DNA of 64,000 bases, taken from sequence record NC_048196.1, one strand, 5' to 3'. The stretch's first letter is position 1, and each line of letters starts with the position of its first letter. A program made the translations under genes and the position numbers. A model generated the notes under the pieces. The model saw only the letters and a list, made by a program, of their open reading frames with translations. It was not told the origin of the DNA and ran no database searches. Below, piece by piece: positions 20,415-29,383 of this stretch. The DNA comes from Escherichia phage vB_EcoM_Schickermooser.

Positions 20415-20874
20415 GCTCCCAGTGTGTCCTTATATTCCGTTTCTTGAAGTATAGAGCACCTTTAGTAACATCTAAAACAGACCGCAATTCAGGAAAATGT
20501 TTCTCTAAATAAAGTAAACGCTCCGCTATTGCTTTTGCTTCCTGCCACTTATCTTTCTCTGTCACGTTAAAAGTTTTCGCATATGAGAATTGCCCTTTCT
20601 GGAACAAGACTCCCTTGACTGTGTTAGGGAAGTAGGCATCATTTCTTCTGTTGATTACCACATTCCCAACGGCATTCATTCCTTTTTTACCCAGACCGCG
20701 ACCTTCTGCGTAAATTGCACAAGCTAATAGAATTTTATCATTATATTGCTTTGTACATTTGTGAACTACTTTAGCGGTTTTTACGTTTGCAGCTTCGGCT
20801 TTCGCCACAACAGGTGTAAATGTAAAAGCAGTTAAGGATAGTAACGCAACTGTTACAAAGTTTTTTATCAGCAA
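20353..20874 (-). CDS. SleB-family cell wall hydrolase-like protein with N-terminal signal peptide (173 aa)
   Basis: TTG start with GGAGG RBS; hydrophobic signal-like N-terminus (VTVALLSLTAFTFTPVVAKA); central ACAIYAEGRG...VINRRND block resembles SleB-type hydrolases. Confidence 0.6.
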   Translation of the reverse strand: MLIKNFVTVALLSLTAFTFTPVVAKAEAANVKTAKVVHKCTKQYNDKILLACAIYAEGRGLGKKGMNAVGNVVINRRNDAYFPNTVKGVLFQKGQFSYAKTFNVTEKDKWQEAKAIAERLLYLEKHFPELRSVLDVTKGALYFKKRNIRTHWERDMRLVYRDKVHGFYLPKGS

Positions 20875-20906
20875 ATTTTGCCTCCTTTTTAAGTTAACGA
20901 ACTTCT

Positions 20907-20935
20907 AGTATAACACGATAGAGGCTTTATTGCAA
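20907..20935 (-). promoter_or_regulatory. sigma70-like promoter (TTGCAA-17-TATACT) for the hydrolase gene
   Basis: Minus-strand reading gives TTGCAA, 17-nt spacer, TATACT, then GGAGG RBS and the TTG start. Confidence 0.45.
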
Positions 20936-20956
20936 GAGGGGGGATTTCTCCCCCTC
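20936..20956 (-). terminator. hairpin GAGGGGG-loop-CCCCCTC downstream of TerD-like gene
   Basis: 7-bp G/C inverted repeat in the intergenic gap after stop of 20975..21577; no strong U-tract. Confidence 0.4.
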
Positions 20957-20974
20957 AAAATCATTTGTTAATTA

Positions 20975-21577
20975 TTATGGACATTCATACCATTCTTTTT
21001 TACCACCGAAGGCCATCACCACATCGCAAATATCCAGACCAGCTTTACCTACACCATATGCTTTCAGCTTCCATTCTCCATCTTCACGAACCAGGGAAGC
21101 CACGTGGCAGATTGTGTTGCCAGCTACTTCAGGAGCCAGGAAGTCAAAATCCAGAATTTCCACATTACGCTCGGAGTCGAAGATTTTAAGCATACCTTCA
21201 GAAGCATGACCAAAACGTTTCAGACCTGTATCATCATCAATAGTCAGAACAAAGGCAATCTCTTGTGCATCAGGAGAGATTTTAGCCAGAGTAATATCAA
21301 TCTGCTCCATGCTGCCAGTTCCATCACGAACATCGTCACCAGCAAAGGTAGAACGTTCAGGATCAAACTTATTAGCATAGCAAACCAGATGACGTGCAGA
21401 CAGCATTTCAGGATTGCCAGCGGCATTGTGACGACAAACCAGTGCACTTACATCCAGATCCAGTTTAGAATCAGATTTCCAAGAGAATTCCAGGCGTAGT
21501 TCTTTCAGAGCCGGAGCAACTTTCTTCAGGGAAATTTTTTCGCTAGAGCCTTTTTTCAGGGAAATTTTATCAGTCAT
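20975..21577 (-). CDS. TerD-domain protein (200 aa)
   Basis: N-terminal (K)ISLKK motifs and Ca-binding-like GDDVRDGTGSMEQIDI block as in TerD/TerE proteins; size about 190-200 aa. Confidence 0.75.
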   Translation of the reverse strand: MTDKISLKKGSSEKISLKKVAPALKELRLEFSWKSDSKLDLDVSALVCRHNAAGNPEMLSARHLVCYANKFDPERSTFAGDDVRDGTGSMEQIDITLAKISPDAQEIAFVLTIDDDTGLKRFGHASEGMLKIFDSERNVEILDFDFLAPEVAGNTICHVASLVREDGEWKLKAYGVGKAGLDICDVVMAFGGKKEWYECP

Positions 21578-21592
21578 CTTTTGTCTCCTCTA

Positions 21593-21862
21593 TTATTTAA
21601 GTGTAATACCAGTTACAGTCAATTCTACTTCCAAAAGCTTAGATGTGTTTTGGATTGCTACTAATTGTGCATGATGGTTTAGTTCTACAGCAGAATAATC
21701 ATTTTCCCCATCATCTACTTTTAAATAAACAATTACTTCACTAAGGTCTAAACCATTTTCGTCAAATGCATTTTCATAGACGAAAGTATCTCCTACATCC
21801 AAATCTTTAATGGTAAGGCATCGTTTATTTACTTTTTGCTCATCAATTTCGAAGTTTAACAC
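21593..21862 (-). CDS. hypothetical protein (89 aa), paralog of 22884..23228
   Basis: Shares DLxVGDTFxYxxAFDExGLD...VTxITLK with the 114-aa ORF. Confidence 0.5.
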   Translation of the reverse strand: MLNFEIDEQKVNKRCLTIKDLDVGDTFVYENAFDENGLDLSEVIVYLKVDDGENDYSAVELNHHAQLVAIQNTSKLLEVELTVTGITLK

Positions 21863-22091
21863 TTCTTCCTCCTAATGTTATCTCCGGTTTGTATATACGA
21901 AGAATTATAGCATTTTCATTTTCTTTGTCAACCCATTCTTCATAATCAGGCCATACATGAATCTCTACTCTACTTACAATATCTTCCATCCGCACAGTCC
22001 CAATGAAATATTCTTTGAGACTGCGCATAATGAAAGCTTCTCTCTCGCGCCAATAATTTTCTACGACTTGAGAGGCAAGCTCGTCGATCAT
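21843..22091 (-). CDS. hypothetical protein (82 aa)
   Basis: ORF overlapping both neighbours by a few codons. Confidence 0.45.
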   Translation of the reverse strand: MIDELASQVVENYWREREAFIMRSLKEYFIGTVRMEDIVSRVEIHVWPDYEEWVDKENENAIILRIYKPEITLGGRSVKLRN

Positions 22092-22882
22092 TTTTTAGCA
22101 CCTACTTTAACAACCCACTCTCCGAACTCTTCAGATAAGAGTTTGTCATAAAGCTCTGAATCTGTCAAGTCTAAATCTTTAATGCCAATAAAACCAACAT
22201 TGTCATAAGCATTTGCCAGTTCTTTCAGGAAGCTGAACTTCTCATTACCAACGCCAACCATGAACCAATAGATAGGCTTATTCTTATTCTCTTCAATAAG
22301 ACGACGAACAGCACTAGGATCACCATTCTCACCGTCTGTCTGGAAGAATACAACGCCAGGAGTAACATCAGCACCTGGTTCAGATACAGCTACAACTTTT
22401 TCACGCTCTACCGATACTGTTTCAGTTTTACCAAGCAGACGATTAAAGAAGCCTTTCTTTGGAGCCTCCTCTTGTACCACTTGTTTAGTGGTAACATATT
22501 TGGTAACAGTGCCAAAATACTCATCGTAGATATCTGCCATTACAGGGGCGTAATTTGTTCCACCTCCGATACGAACATTACGCATACATTTACCAACGTA
22601 GTCATCGTAAACGTCTGCTGTTGCTGGAGTAAGCTCTTGAGAACTCGTATTGAAGGCCCACATGTCAATTTGTTCATTATCGTCGAACAGCATACCAAAA
22701 GGAAGCAGTTTACCTACAAAATCACTCACTACCCCACGAGTATATAGACCATGCATACTACCAGAAATATCTAGAGCACATGCTACACGAAGAACAATCT
22801 TACCTTCGTTCAGGTTCTTATTCTTTTTCAGAGAGAAAGCAAGGTTTTCTTGACGTTTTTTCAGGCTGATTTTCTCGGACAT
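22088..22882 (-). CDS. von Willebrand factor A (vWA) domain protein, TerY-like (264 aa)
   Basis: MIDAS motif DISGSM after a TerD-like N-terminal KISLKK segment; sits within the Ter-like gene set. Confidence 0.7.
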   Translation of the reverse strand: MSEKISLKKRQENLAFSLKKNKNLNEGKIVLRVACALDISGSMHGLYTRGVVSDFVGKLLPFGMLFDDNEQIDMWAFNTSSQELTPATADVYDDYVGKCMRNVRIGGGTNYAPVMADIYDEYFGTVTKYVTTKQVVQEEAPKKGFFNRLLGKTETVSVEREKVVAVSEPGADVTPGVVFFQTDGENGDPSAVRRLIEENKNKPIYWFMVGVGNEKFSFLKELANAYDNVGFIGIKDLDLTDSELYDKLLSEEFGEWVVKVGAKK

Positions 22883-22883
22883 A

Positions 22884-23228
22884 TTATTTCTCCTTCTTAA
22901 GTGTAATATTGGTAACTTCTAAATCTACTTCCACCATATTTGTATCTGGTGGGATGCAATGAGTATAGCCTCGTTGTGCTAGTGATCCATTAATACAGAT
23001 CGCACTGTTTGTGGAATTTTTAATGAACACCAAGTTACGGTAGGTATCCAACCCTGCGTCTTCATAGGCATCATAATACATGAATGTGTCCCCTATGCCA
23101 AGGTCTTCGAAAGCAATAGGTAAATCCTGACACTTTTCTTCTTGAATATTGAATCTAAACACGCATACCTCCTCTACCAATTTTGAAGCCCAAATCGTAA
23201 GCTTCCTTAGTGATCTTTTGTAACTCAC
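22884..23228 (-). CDS. hypothetical protein (114 aa), paralog of 21593..21862
   Basis: Shares LGIGDTFMYYDAYEDAGLD...VTNITLK with the 89-aa ORF. Confidence 0.5.
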   Translation of the reverse strand: MSYKRSLRKLTIWASKLVEEVCVFRFNIQEEKCQDLPIAFEDLGIGDTFMYYDAYEDAGLDTYRNLVFIKNSTNSAICINGSLAQRGYTHCIPPDTNMVEVDLEVTNITLKKEK

Positions 23229-23718
23229 TTATAGGAAGTGTTACAAGAGGATCATCTTCTTCAATTTCCATCTTGTCATCTTCTGTTTCAATGAGAGTAT
23301 TATGCACTTTGTGATAAGGGTTGTCAACACGTTTAAACTTATTCTTTTCTGTGCTGAAAAAACAATCTGGATCTTCTTCGCCATCACCCCAACCTTGGTT
23401 AGGATCTCCGTCAGATTGTTCTGTAGGGATTTCACCTGTAAAATACTCTTCCAGCACCATAGCGATACCGTCCCTTGGATTCGAGGAATGCATTAAATCA
23501 CAAACCTTACCCCAATCCATAGCCCATTCGAACCGTTCACGAACGCCATTTTCATCCTCCTTTCCAGAGAAAACACAACCATAACTATCATAGTTGCCAT
23601 ACATCTCTTCAATAACAACACCATCCTTCAAAAGAAAGAGATAGCAAGGTGATCCGTCGAAAGAAGTAGAAAGGGCAGCTTTGCCCGATTCCTTACACAA
23701 AAAGCTAAAACAACCCAT
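23155..23718 (-). CDS. hypothetical acidic protein (187 aa)
   Basis: ORF with acidic Asp/Glu-rich C-terminal half; overlaps downstream ORF so start or stop may differ. Confidence 0.45.
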   Translation of the reverse strand: MGCFSFLCKESGKAALSTSFDGSPCYLFLLKDGVVIEEMYGNYDSYGCVFSGKEDENGVRERFEWAMDWGKVCDLMHSSNPRDGIAMVLEEYFTGEIPTEQSDGDPNQGWGDGEEDPDCFFSTEKNKFKRVDNPYHKVHNTLIETEDDKMEIEEDDPLVTLPISELQKITKEAYDLGFKIGRGGMRV

Positions 23719-23915
23719 TACAAACCCTCCTTCAGATTATCAAGAGCTACAGTGGTTTCACAAAATTCTCCATACGCTTTATGATGTTCTAGAAAAGCTT
23801 CAGGTCCACCCCAATCATTATCTTGTGTATTCCAACCATCAATAAAAGCATCTTCAATGATTGTGATCAGTTCCTGTCGAGTCAACGTAATGGTATCAGG
23901 TTTTGGATTATGCAT
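23718..23915 (-). CDS. hypothetical protein (65 aa)
   Basis: Small ORF in gene train. Confidence 0.4.
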   Translation of the reverse strand: MHNPKPDTITLTRQELITIIEDAFIDGWNTQDNDWGGPEAFLEHHKAYGEFCETTVALDNLKEGL

Positions 23916-24077
23916 CTTCTTTCTCCTCTAAAATATGAAACCCATAGCTACAATAGTCCTGAAAGGTTTCGTGTGCAAGATCTTCTATATCCTCTTGAGA
24001 CATATCATCTTCAATTTCGATATCCACAACCTCATTGCATCCACACCAAGCAGTTTCAATATTCACTCGTAAAGTTT

Positions 24078-24275
24078 TCATTCTTCTTCCTCATTGAAGT
24101 CAATATCTGCAAGGAGTTGAAATTTACGGAAGTTACGACAACCTTCATAAATATAACAATCACGACAAACTGCTAGAACACTTGGGGGATATATGCCTCC
24201 CATCGGTGCGAATCGTTTTTCGTCATCATAACGGACACCAATGTCTTCATCAATTATATAGATACGGATTCTCAT
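24078..24275 (-). CDS. hypothetical small Cys-containing protein (65 aa)
   Basis: Start overlaps TelA-like gene stop; CRDCYIYEGC motif. Confidence 0.4.
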   Translation of the reverse strand: MRIRIYIIDEDIGVRYDDEKRFAPMGGIYPPSVLAVCRDCYIYEGCRNFRKFQLLADIDFNEEEE

Positions 24276-25384
24276 TTACCAAGCCCTCGTTTCACAGCAG
24301 CTACCATCCCGTCTTCCAGAGATTGAACTTCATTAATATAATCAACACGAGCAGCACGGGCTTCCGTATTGATGCGGTTAGTTTCTTCCAACATCTTAAC
24401 CAAGTTTTCCTGATCGTGACGCAGAGTTTCAATATCCAACACTTGACGGTTAGCCAGTGCTGCTGCTTCGATCTGATTCTGTGTGGCAAGATCGCTACCC
24501 AGTTTAATTGCCAGGTTAAATTCATCAAGAACGTTATTCTGCGTCTCTGCTGCTTTCATTTGACGTAAGCTCTCGATATACATTGAGAAGTTAGCAGAGT
24601 AAGCAGGAATAACATTATTTACTATGTTACGCGCAGATCGCATTAAGCTTGCAGAAACTTTTTGCATACCTTGCACACGTGGTCCCATTTGGACACACAG
24701 TAGGCGCAATGCTTTTAAATCGGCAATACGAATCTCCAGAAGATCCAAAGTATCTCGGATCACTTGTCGCTGTTCTACTGCATCTTCTGGAAGAGCAGCC
24801 AAAGCTTGTTCTTCTTTTTCATAGGTTGCTGTTAGAAGCTGCATATCTCGGTTCAAACTTGCAGCATATTGTCCAATAGCTTGATGCAGTTTTTCAAGAT
24901 ATACCAAGGAATCTTCTTCTTTGCGAATATCCATTTGAAGGTTCTTTACCAACTCTTCAATACGGTTATTAACATTATCAAACTCCCCAAACAGGTCTTC
25001 TTTCATACCCATAACTTTTTTAATGAGTTTAGTAATACCTTTGCTTTGTTTAATAGAGTTTGGATCAAGTTGTTTTGCCTGTTTAATCAAAGCTGTGAGT
25101 CGTTCACTCATCTGATCGCCTTGATTACTACGTTGATGTTTTAATACCTCGGCATTCAAGGAACGCAAGGTTGTCCCTGCCTCTGCCCCGATCTCTTCGA
25201 TCTCTTGTCGGGTCATAGAAGGCAAAACTGGGACTTCTTGCGGTGCGGCTGGTGCATAAACAGGACTGGCATCTAATACGCTTGGAGCGAATACAGATTT
25301 ACTTGCATCTGTTGTTGCAGTGAATACACTCATTTCAGACTTCTTCTGACCACCAGTAGCTGCTTTTAAAAACGGACTTGTCAT
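24272..25384 (-). CDS. TelA-like (toxic anion resistance / KlaA family) protein (370 aa)
   Basis: Size, largely helical coiled-coil composition and position in a TerC/TerD/vWA neighbourhood; assignment partly contextual, no sharp motif recognised. Confidence 0.5.
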   Translation of the reverse strand: MTSPFLKAATGGQKKSEMSVFTATTDASKSVFAPSVLDASPVYAPAAPQEVPVLPSMTRQEIEEIGAEAGTTLRSLNAEVLKHQRSNQGDQMSERLTALIKQAKQLDPNSIKQSKGITKLIKKVMGMKEDLFGEFDNVNNRIEELVKNLQMDIRKEEDSLVYLEKLHQAIGQYAASLNRDMQLLTATYEKEEQALAALPEDAVEQRQVIRDTLDLLEIRIADLKALRLLCVQMGPRVQGMQKVSASLMRSARNIVNNVIPAYSANFSMYIESLRQMKAAETQNNVLDEFNLAIKLGSDLATQNQIEAAALANRQVLDIETLRHDQENLVKMLEETNRINTEARAARVDYINEVQSLEDGMVAAVKRGLGK

Positions 25385-25971
25385 TCTTCATTCTCCTCTT
25401 CTGCATCTCTTATGTATGGTGAAACACCGTATTCTTTAGCTACTTTAACCCAATCGTCCCATTTATACAACCATAATTTTCCTTCTGTTCCTTCTTTATC
25501 TGATTTTAACCACATATTAGGTTGCTTACCTGGATACATGCGATTAGGTTTACGATTATACCCTCTAACACATCTTGTCGCAAACCTATCCACCAAAACA
25601 AGAACATATTTATATTCATGGTTCAACGGCTCTTTGGAAGTAGCTTTAGGGTTTGCCCCTAATTCTGCTGCCAGTTTTTGCCAATGAGCACCGTGCCGAC
25701 TAAACTTACCCATACAACCATCAATAGCATGAGCAATTTCGTGCTTCATTGTATCCACGATCATATCTCTTGTAGAGTTCTTATGCAAGTGCCAATTTAC
25801 AACAACAATTTTATCTCGGTAGTTGCACCAACCGAAAGAGTTATTCACTTTGTTTCTAACGCAAGCTTTATATCCTGCTTCACGTAACATGTTGTAGTAA
25901 ACAGGAAAATCTTCTTTTATTTCCTGCATCACTTCCCACCACAAGAGTTGCAAGTCTCTCTCGGTATACAT
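25381..25971 (-). CDS. SprT-like zinc metallopeptidase-domain protein (196 aa)
   Basis: HExxH motif in MKHEIAHAIDGCMGKFSRHGAHWQKLAAELG, resembling SprT-like domains. Confidence 0.55.
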   Translation of the reverse strand: MYTERDLQLLWWEVMQEIKEDFPVYYNMLREAGYKACVRNKVNNSFGWCNYRDKIVVVNWHLHKNSTRDMIVDTMKHEIAHAIDGCMGKFSRHGAHWQKLAAELGANPKATSKEPLNHEYKYVLVLVDRFATRCVRGYNRKPNRMYPGKQPNMWLKSDKEGTEGKLWLYKWDDWVKVAKEYGVSPYIRDAEEENEE

Positions 25972-25974
25972 AAC

Positions 25975-26568
25975 TTACACCTTAAAAGTGAAATGCGTGG
26001 TCGTGGCTTCAAAATCAGGGCCAGATAAACGTGCACTGAAATCTGAAATATTTGTAATTAAAAAGCTTTTATGCATACCCAACACAGCCACGCTTTCAAT
26101 ATCTTCTACTAACATTTCAATCATGTTAGAAACATGGCTGAACGTAGTGTTTTGTTTTTTGATGGTGTAGAAAGAAAGATTCCCACCTGCTGTATAAGAT
26201 ACTTCTTCAAAATCTTTAATCGTATACTGTGTCCCATCAGTAAAGAAAATGGTAGCTTTATTAGTAGCACGTTTCTTGTTTTTTGGTCCTTTTTTACGTT
26301 TACTGCGAGTAGGAAAACCATTTGGGAATACCGTAGCTACAAATTCTTCAGGAGAAACCTCCTTACCGAAATCATAACCATAAGAAACAGCATCTATAAA
26401 CTCATCGTCCTCATTTTTAAAATAATGGAAATAGGGCCAATTTGAAAGATTATCAAGCATCTTATGCTCGTCCACAGCAGAGAATGTATCCCTCAAAGCG
26501 CGTGTGATTTGCAAAGCATTAGGCAACCTTTTAACACCTACGATGGAAGTACGAATAGAAATTGTCAT
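25975..26568 (-). CDS. hypothetical protein (197 aa)
   Basis: ORF in gene train. Confidence 0.5.
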   Translation of the reverse strand: MTISIRTSIVGVKRLPNALQITRALRDTFSAVDEHKMLDNLSNWPYFHYFKNEDDEFIDAVSYGYDFGKEVSPEEFVATVFPNGFPTRSKRKKGPKNKKRATNKATIFFTDGTQYTIKDFEEVSYTAGGNLSFYTIKKQNTTFSHVSNMIEMLVEDIESVAVLGMHKSFLITNISDFSARLSGPDFEATTTHFTFKV

Positions 26569-26582
26569 TGTTTTTCTCCTTA

Positions 26583-27020
26583 TTAACGTCGCTTGCTACG
26601 AGATGAACTCTTTTTACTTAAAGGGCTATTGTAAGATTTACGAGTTGTATAGCTACTATTTGTTTTAAAAGTTTGTCTCGGCTTTTCATAAGTTTTTATC
26701 TCTTGTTTAGGCTTACTATAAAAATTAGTTTTCGGTTTAGGTGTGTTATAATGTTTATTAATAATCGTTCTGTTATCGTTATAATCCCCGCCGCTACGAT
26801 TACTACTACCGCTCATCATATGTCCTAACAACATACCTGTAGCAAACTCACCAACACCGCTACTACTAGAACCGCCACCATTGTTGATAATAGTTGTATC
26901 TCCGTCAGATCCTTGTTGAGCGTATTGTTGAGGAGGTTGTTGATATTGTGTAGGATTTGTTTCATCCTCGCAAGCTGTTAAAAAGATACAACCAATTAAA
27001 ATCAGGGCTAGTTTTTTCAT
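26583..27020 (-). CDS. putative lipoprotein, Gly/Ser-rich with basic C-terminus (145 aa from internal start)
   Basis: MKKLALILIGCIFLTAC... signal peptide with lipobox LTAC; RBS GAGGAAAG upstream of internal ATG at 27020; ORF track's longer start at 27095 is less likely. Confidence 0.5.
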   Translation of the reverse strand: MKKLALILIGCIFLTACEDETNPTQYQQPPQQYAQQGSDGDTTIINNGGGSSSSGVGEFATGMLLGHMMSGSSNRSGGDYNDNRTIINKHYNTPKPKTNFYSKPKQEIKTYEKPRQTFKTNSSYTTRKSYNSPLSKKSSSRSKRR

Positions 27021-27207
27021 ATTTGCTTTCCTCGTTTTGACTATTAATACATCTGTGTTTGAAATCTCCAGAGAAGCAATAAAGCTGCTCTCCATCTCGG
27101 TATAAACTCACTTTACTGCCGTTGATTACGCTTGTCAATACAAAAATTACAACAAACAACCCTATTGCAAAACAAATATTTTCAAACACAACCAACAAGT
27201 ATTTCAT
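26962..27207 (-). CDS. hypothetical small membrane protein (81 aa)
   Basis: Hydrophobic segment FAIGLFVVIFVLTSV; overlaps lipoprotein start by about 59 nt, so extent uncertain. Confidence 0.35.
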   Translation of the reverse strand: MKYLLVVFENICFAIGLFVVIFVLTSVINGSKVSLYRDGEQLYCFSGDFKHRCINSQNEESKYEKTSPDFNWLYLFNSLRG

Positions 27208-27554
27208 TTTAAAAATACCTCATCATCAGTTTCATTATCCCAGAAGAACAAATCCCAACCATTAGGATCATTCCACTTGGCGGTTGGAGAAGTCCAAATT
27301 TGTTCGATATCAATATTCAAAACTTCGCCGTTTCGTTTTGAAACAGCCTTGGTTAATTCCCAACGAGATACAGGTTCTACCTCTCCTGAACCACTCCCAC
27401 AACAAGCTACTACATTAGGAGGAAGGTTAATTGGATCTTTGGTCACAATCATAACGCTTACCCCAGGGTAAACTTTTGAAAGATAATCTGAAACGTAATC
27501 AACATCACCAGGTAAATCCCAAACAAGTTTTTGAATTTCATCGAAATTGCTCAT
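27204..27554 (-). CDS. hypothetical protein (116 aa)
   Basis: ORF in gene train. Confidence 0.5.
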   Translation of the reverse strand: MSNFDEIQKLVWDLPGDVDYVSDYLSKVYPGVSVMIVTKDPINLPPNVVACCGSGSGEVEPVSRWELTKAVSKRNGEVLNIDIEQIWTSPTAKWNDPNGWDLFFWDNETDDEVFLK

Positions 27555-27596
27555 AAGTCTCTCCTATAAAATAGCCTCCCGAAGGAGGCTCATCTA

Positions 27597-28571
27597 TTAA
27601 ACAGCAGCTTGTTCTTTTTCAGGGAAGATAAAGCTTGCAATAACACCAAGAGCTAATGTGCCTAGAACAATCATCAGACTTACGTTAGGGGAAATATCAT
27701 GCGGAAGGAATGACCACTTGGCATGAAGTGTTTCACCGAACGGGTGATACATAAGTTTAGCACCAACAAACACCAGAACCACAGCAACAGCTTTCTCTAA
27801 GTGAACCAAATATTTCACAGCTACACTTAACACAAAGAAAAGTGCACGTAAACCAAGAACAGCCATCAGCATTGCAGAATAAACTAGCAGAGGTTCTTGT
27901 GTCACACCGATCACAGCCGGAACTGAATCAAAAGAGAAGACAATATCTGTAAGCTCAATAACAAACACACAAAGAAGAGCAGGAGTTGCATATTTAATAC
28001 CATTCTTAATGGTAATGAACTTTTCACCATCCAGTGCATTGTGCACAGGCAGAACTTTACCTACTAAACGAACAGCCCAATGCTTAGAGTAATCAATATC
28101 CTCTTCTTCGTCACAACCTTTGATGATAGCCACGGCAGACCAAGCTACAATCAAACCGAACAACACTTGGACCGACCAATGAAGGTTAAACAAAGCGGTC
28201 CCTGCTGCAACAAAAATACCTCGGAAAACAATGGCTCCTGCAATCCCCCAAAGTAAAATCTTATGTTGGAGATGTGTGCTCTTAATTCCAAAGCTTGCAA
28301 AAATTGCCATGAACACCATCAGGTTATCTACAGAAAGACTCTTTTCCAACACATAGCCGCTTAGGAAAAGCGCGGCAAACTCTTTACCATGTTCTACCCA
28401 AATGAATGCGTAATATCCTAAAGCTAAAGCAATCCAAAAAACAGACCAAAGCAAAGCAGATTTAATTCCAATTTCTTTATTCTCTTTATGACCAAAGAAA
28501 TCGATACCAATAGACAATGCTAAAATACCAACTAAAACAACTACATCAATAATTGGGAAACCAAGTTGCAT
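27597..28571 (-). CDS. TerC-family integral membrane protein (324 aa)
   Basis: Multiple TM helices; hallmark TerC blocks LEKSLSVDNLMVFMAIF and ELTDIVFSFDSVPAV. Confidence 0.8.
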   Translation of the reverse strand: MQLGFPIIDVVVLVGILALSIGIDFFGHKENKEIGIKSALLWSVFWIALALGYYAFIWVEHGKEFAALFLSGYVLEKSLSVDNLMVFMAIFASFGIKSTHLQHKILLWGIAGAIVFRGIFVAAGTALFNLHWSVQVLFGLIVAWSAVAIIKGCDEEEDIDYSKHWAVRLVGKVLPVHNALDGEKFITIKNGIKYATPALLCVFVIELTDIVFSFDSVPAVIGVTQEPLLVYSAMLMAVLGLRALFFVLSVAVKYLVHLEKAVAVVLVFVGAKLMYHPFGETLHAKWSFLPHDISPNVSLMIVLGTLALGVIASFIFPEKEQAAV

Positions 28572-28650
28572 TCTTTTCTCCTCTCTTTGCGGGGAACTAT
28601 TCCCCGCTTCATGTGATATATCTTACTCTTTTTAAGAACTATGTCAACAC

Positions 28651-28872
28651 TTATTTTGTTGAATGAGAGGAAAAGATTCCTCGTAATACAGCCAGAATAA
28701 ACGAAACACAAACCACGGTCCAGAAGGTTACTGGAACAGTGATATCTGCATGACCCATAACTTCAGCAACATAGTTGTAAGCCAGCAACAGTAACCAAGC
28801 TGGAATCAAACTAAGCATAAAAGCAATAACAAAAAAGCTTACCACTGCAACAATACCTGCAAAAACACCCAT
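28651..28872 (-). CDS. small 2-TM membrane protein (73 aa)
   Basis: Two hydrophobic helices (GIVAVVSFFVIAFMLSLIPAWLLLLAY; VTFWTVVCVSFILAVL). Confidence 0.5.
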   Translation of the reverse strand: MGVFAGIVAVVSFFVIAFMLSLIPAWLLLLAYNYVAEVMGHADITVPVTFWTVVCVSFILAVLRGIFSSHSTK

Positions 28873-28884
28873 ACTAATCTCCTC

Positions 28885-29370
28885 TTAAAGTTTATAAATA
28901 GTCACATCGTGACCAGCTTTTACTAAAGTTTCTTTGATCATGACTTCAATGATAGCCCAATTACCTCCAGCATGACCTGCACCTATCATAGGTAGACCAA
29001 TCTTATGTGCTGGCTGATCTCCTTTATCGTAATTGTGTAAGTCCATTGCCATAGCTGCAAGAGCATCATACAGCGCATCATAATCTAGTTGACGACCTTT
29101 ACTATTGTATCCATAACGATACTGTCCATAAAGGTTGTATACCATAGGGTTAGGATAATCTTCTGGTTCCCCTAAACTAAAAGAACCAAGCTTTTTCTGG
29201 TTTCCTGCTCCTGTAGCTAAATCTGCTTCGTATGCATATGGAAACGCATATTTTATTTGTGGGGCAATACCTGCCCCCATATTACACATACAGTTGCAAC
29301 AATGAGCAATAACAGTTACTTCACCTGTTTTAGCGGCATCAATAAGATTACCTGTTTTCATTTTAAGCAT
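28885..29370 (-). CDS. macro-domain (ADP-ribose binding/processing) protein (161 aa from internal start)
   Basis: LIDAAKTGEVTVIAHCCNCMCNMGAGIA and IGLPMIGAGHAGGNW resemble the two Gly-rich macro-domain motifs; RBS AAGGAG upstream of ATG at 29370; ORF-track start 29445 would overlap the upstream gene. Confidence 0.5.
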   Translation of the reverse strand: MLKMKTGNLIDAAKTGEVTVIAHCCNCMCNMGAGIAPQIKYAFPYAYEADLATGAGNQKKLGSFSLGEPEDYPNPMVYNLYGQYRYGYNSKGRQLDYDALYDALAAMAMDLHNYDKGDQPAHKIGLPMIGAGHAGGNWAIIEVMIKETLVKAGHDVTIYKL

Positions 29371-29383
29371 TTTTAGCTCCTTA

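Noticed and set aside
22088-22882. vWA protein as a TerD-vWA fusion, because of its TerD-like N-terminal KISLKK motif
   Set aside because: Only about 20 N-terminal residues resemble TerD; the rest is vWA with a MIDAS motif. More likely a shared short N-terminal motif than a full TerD domain.
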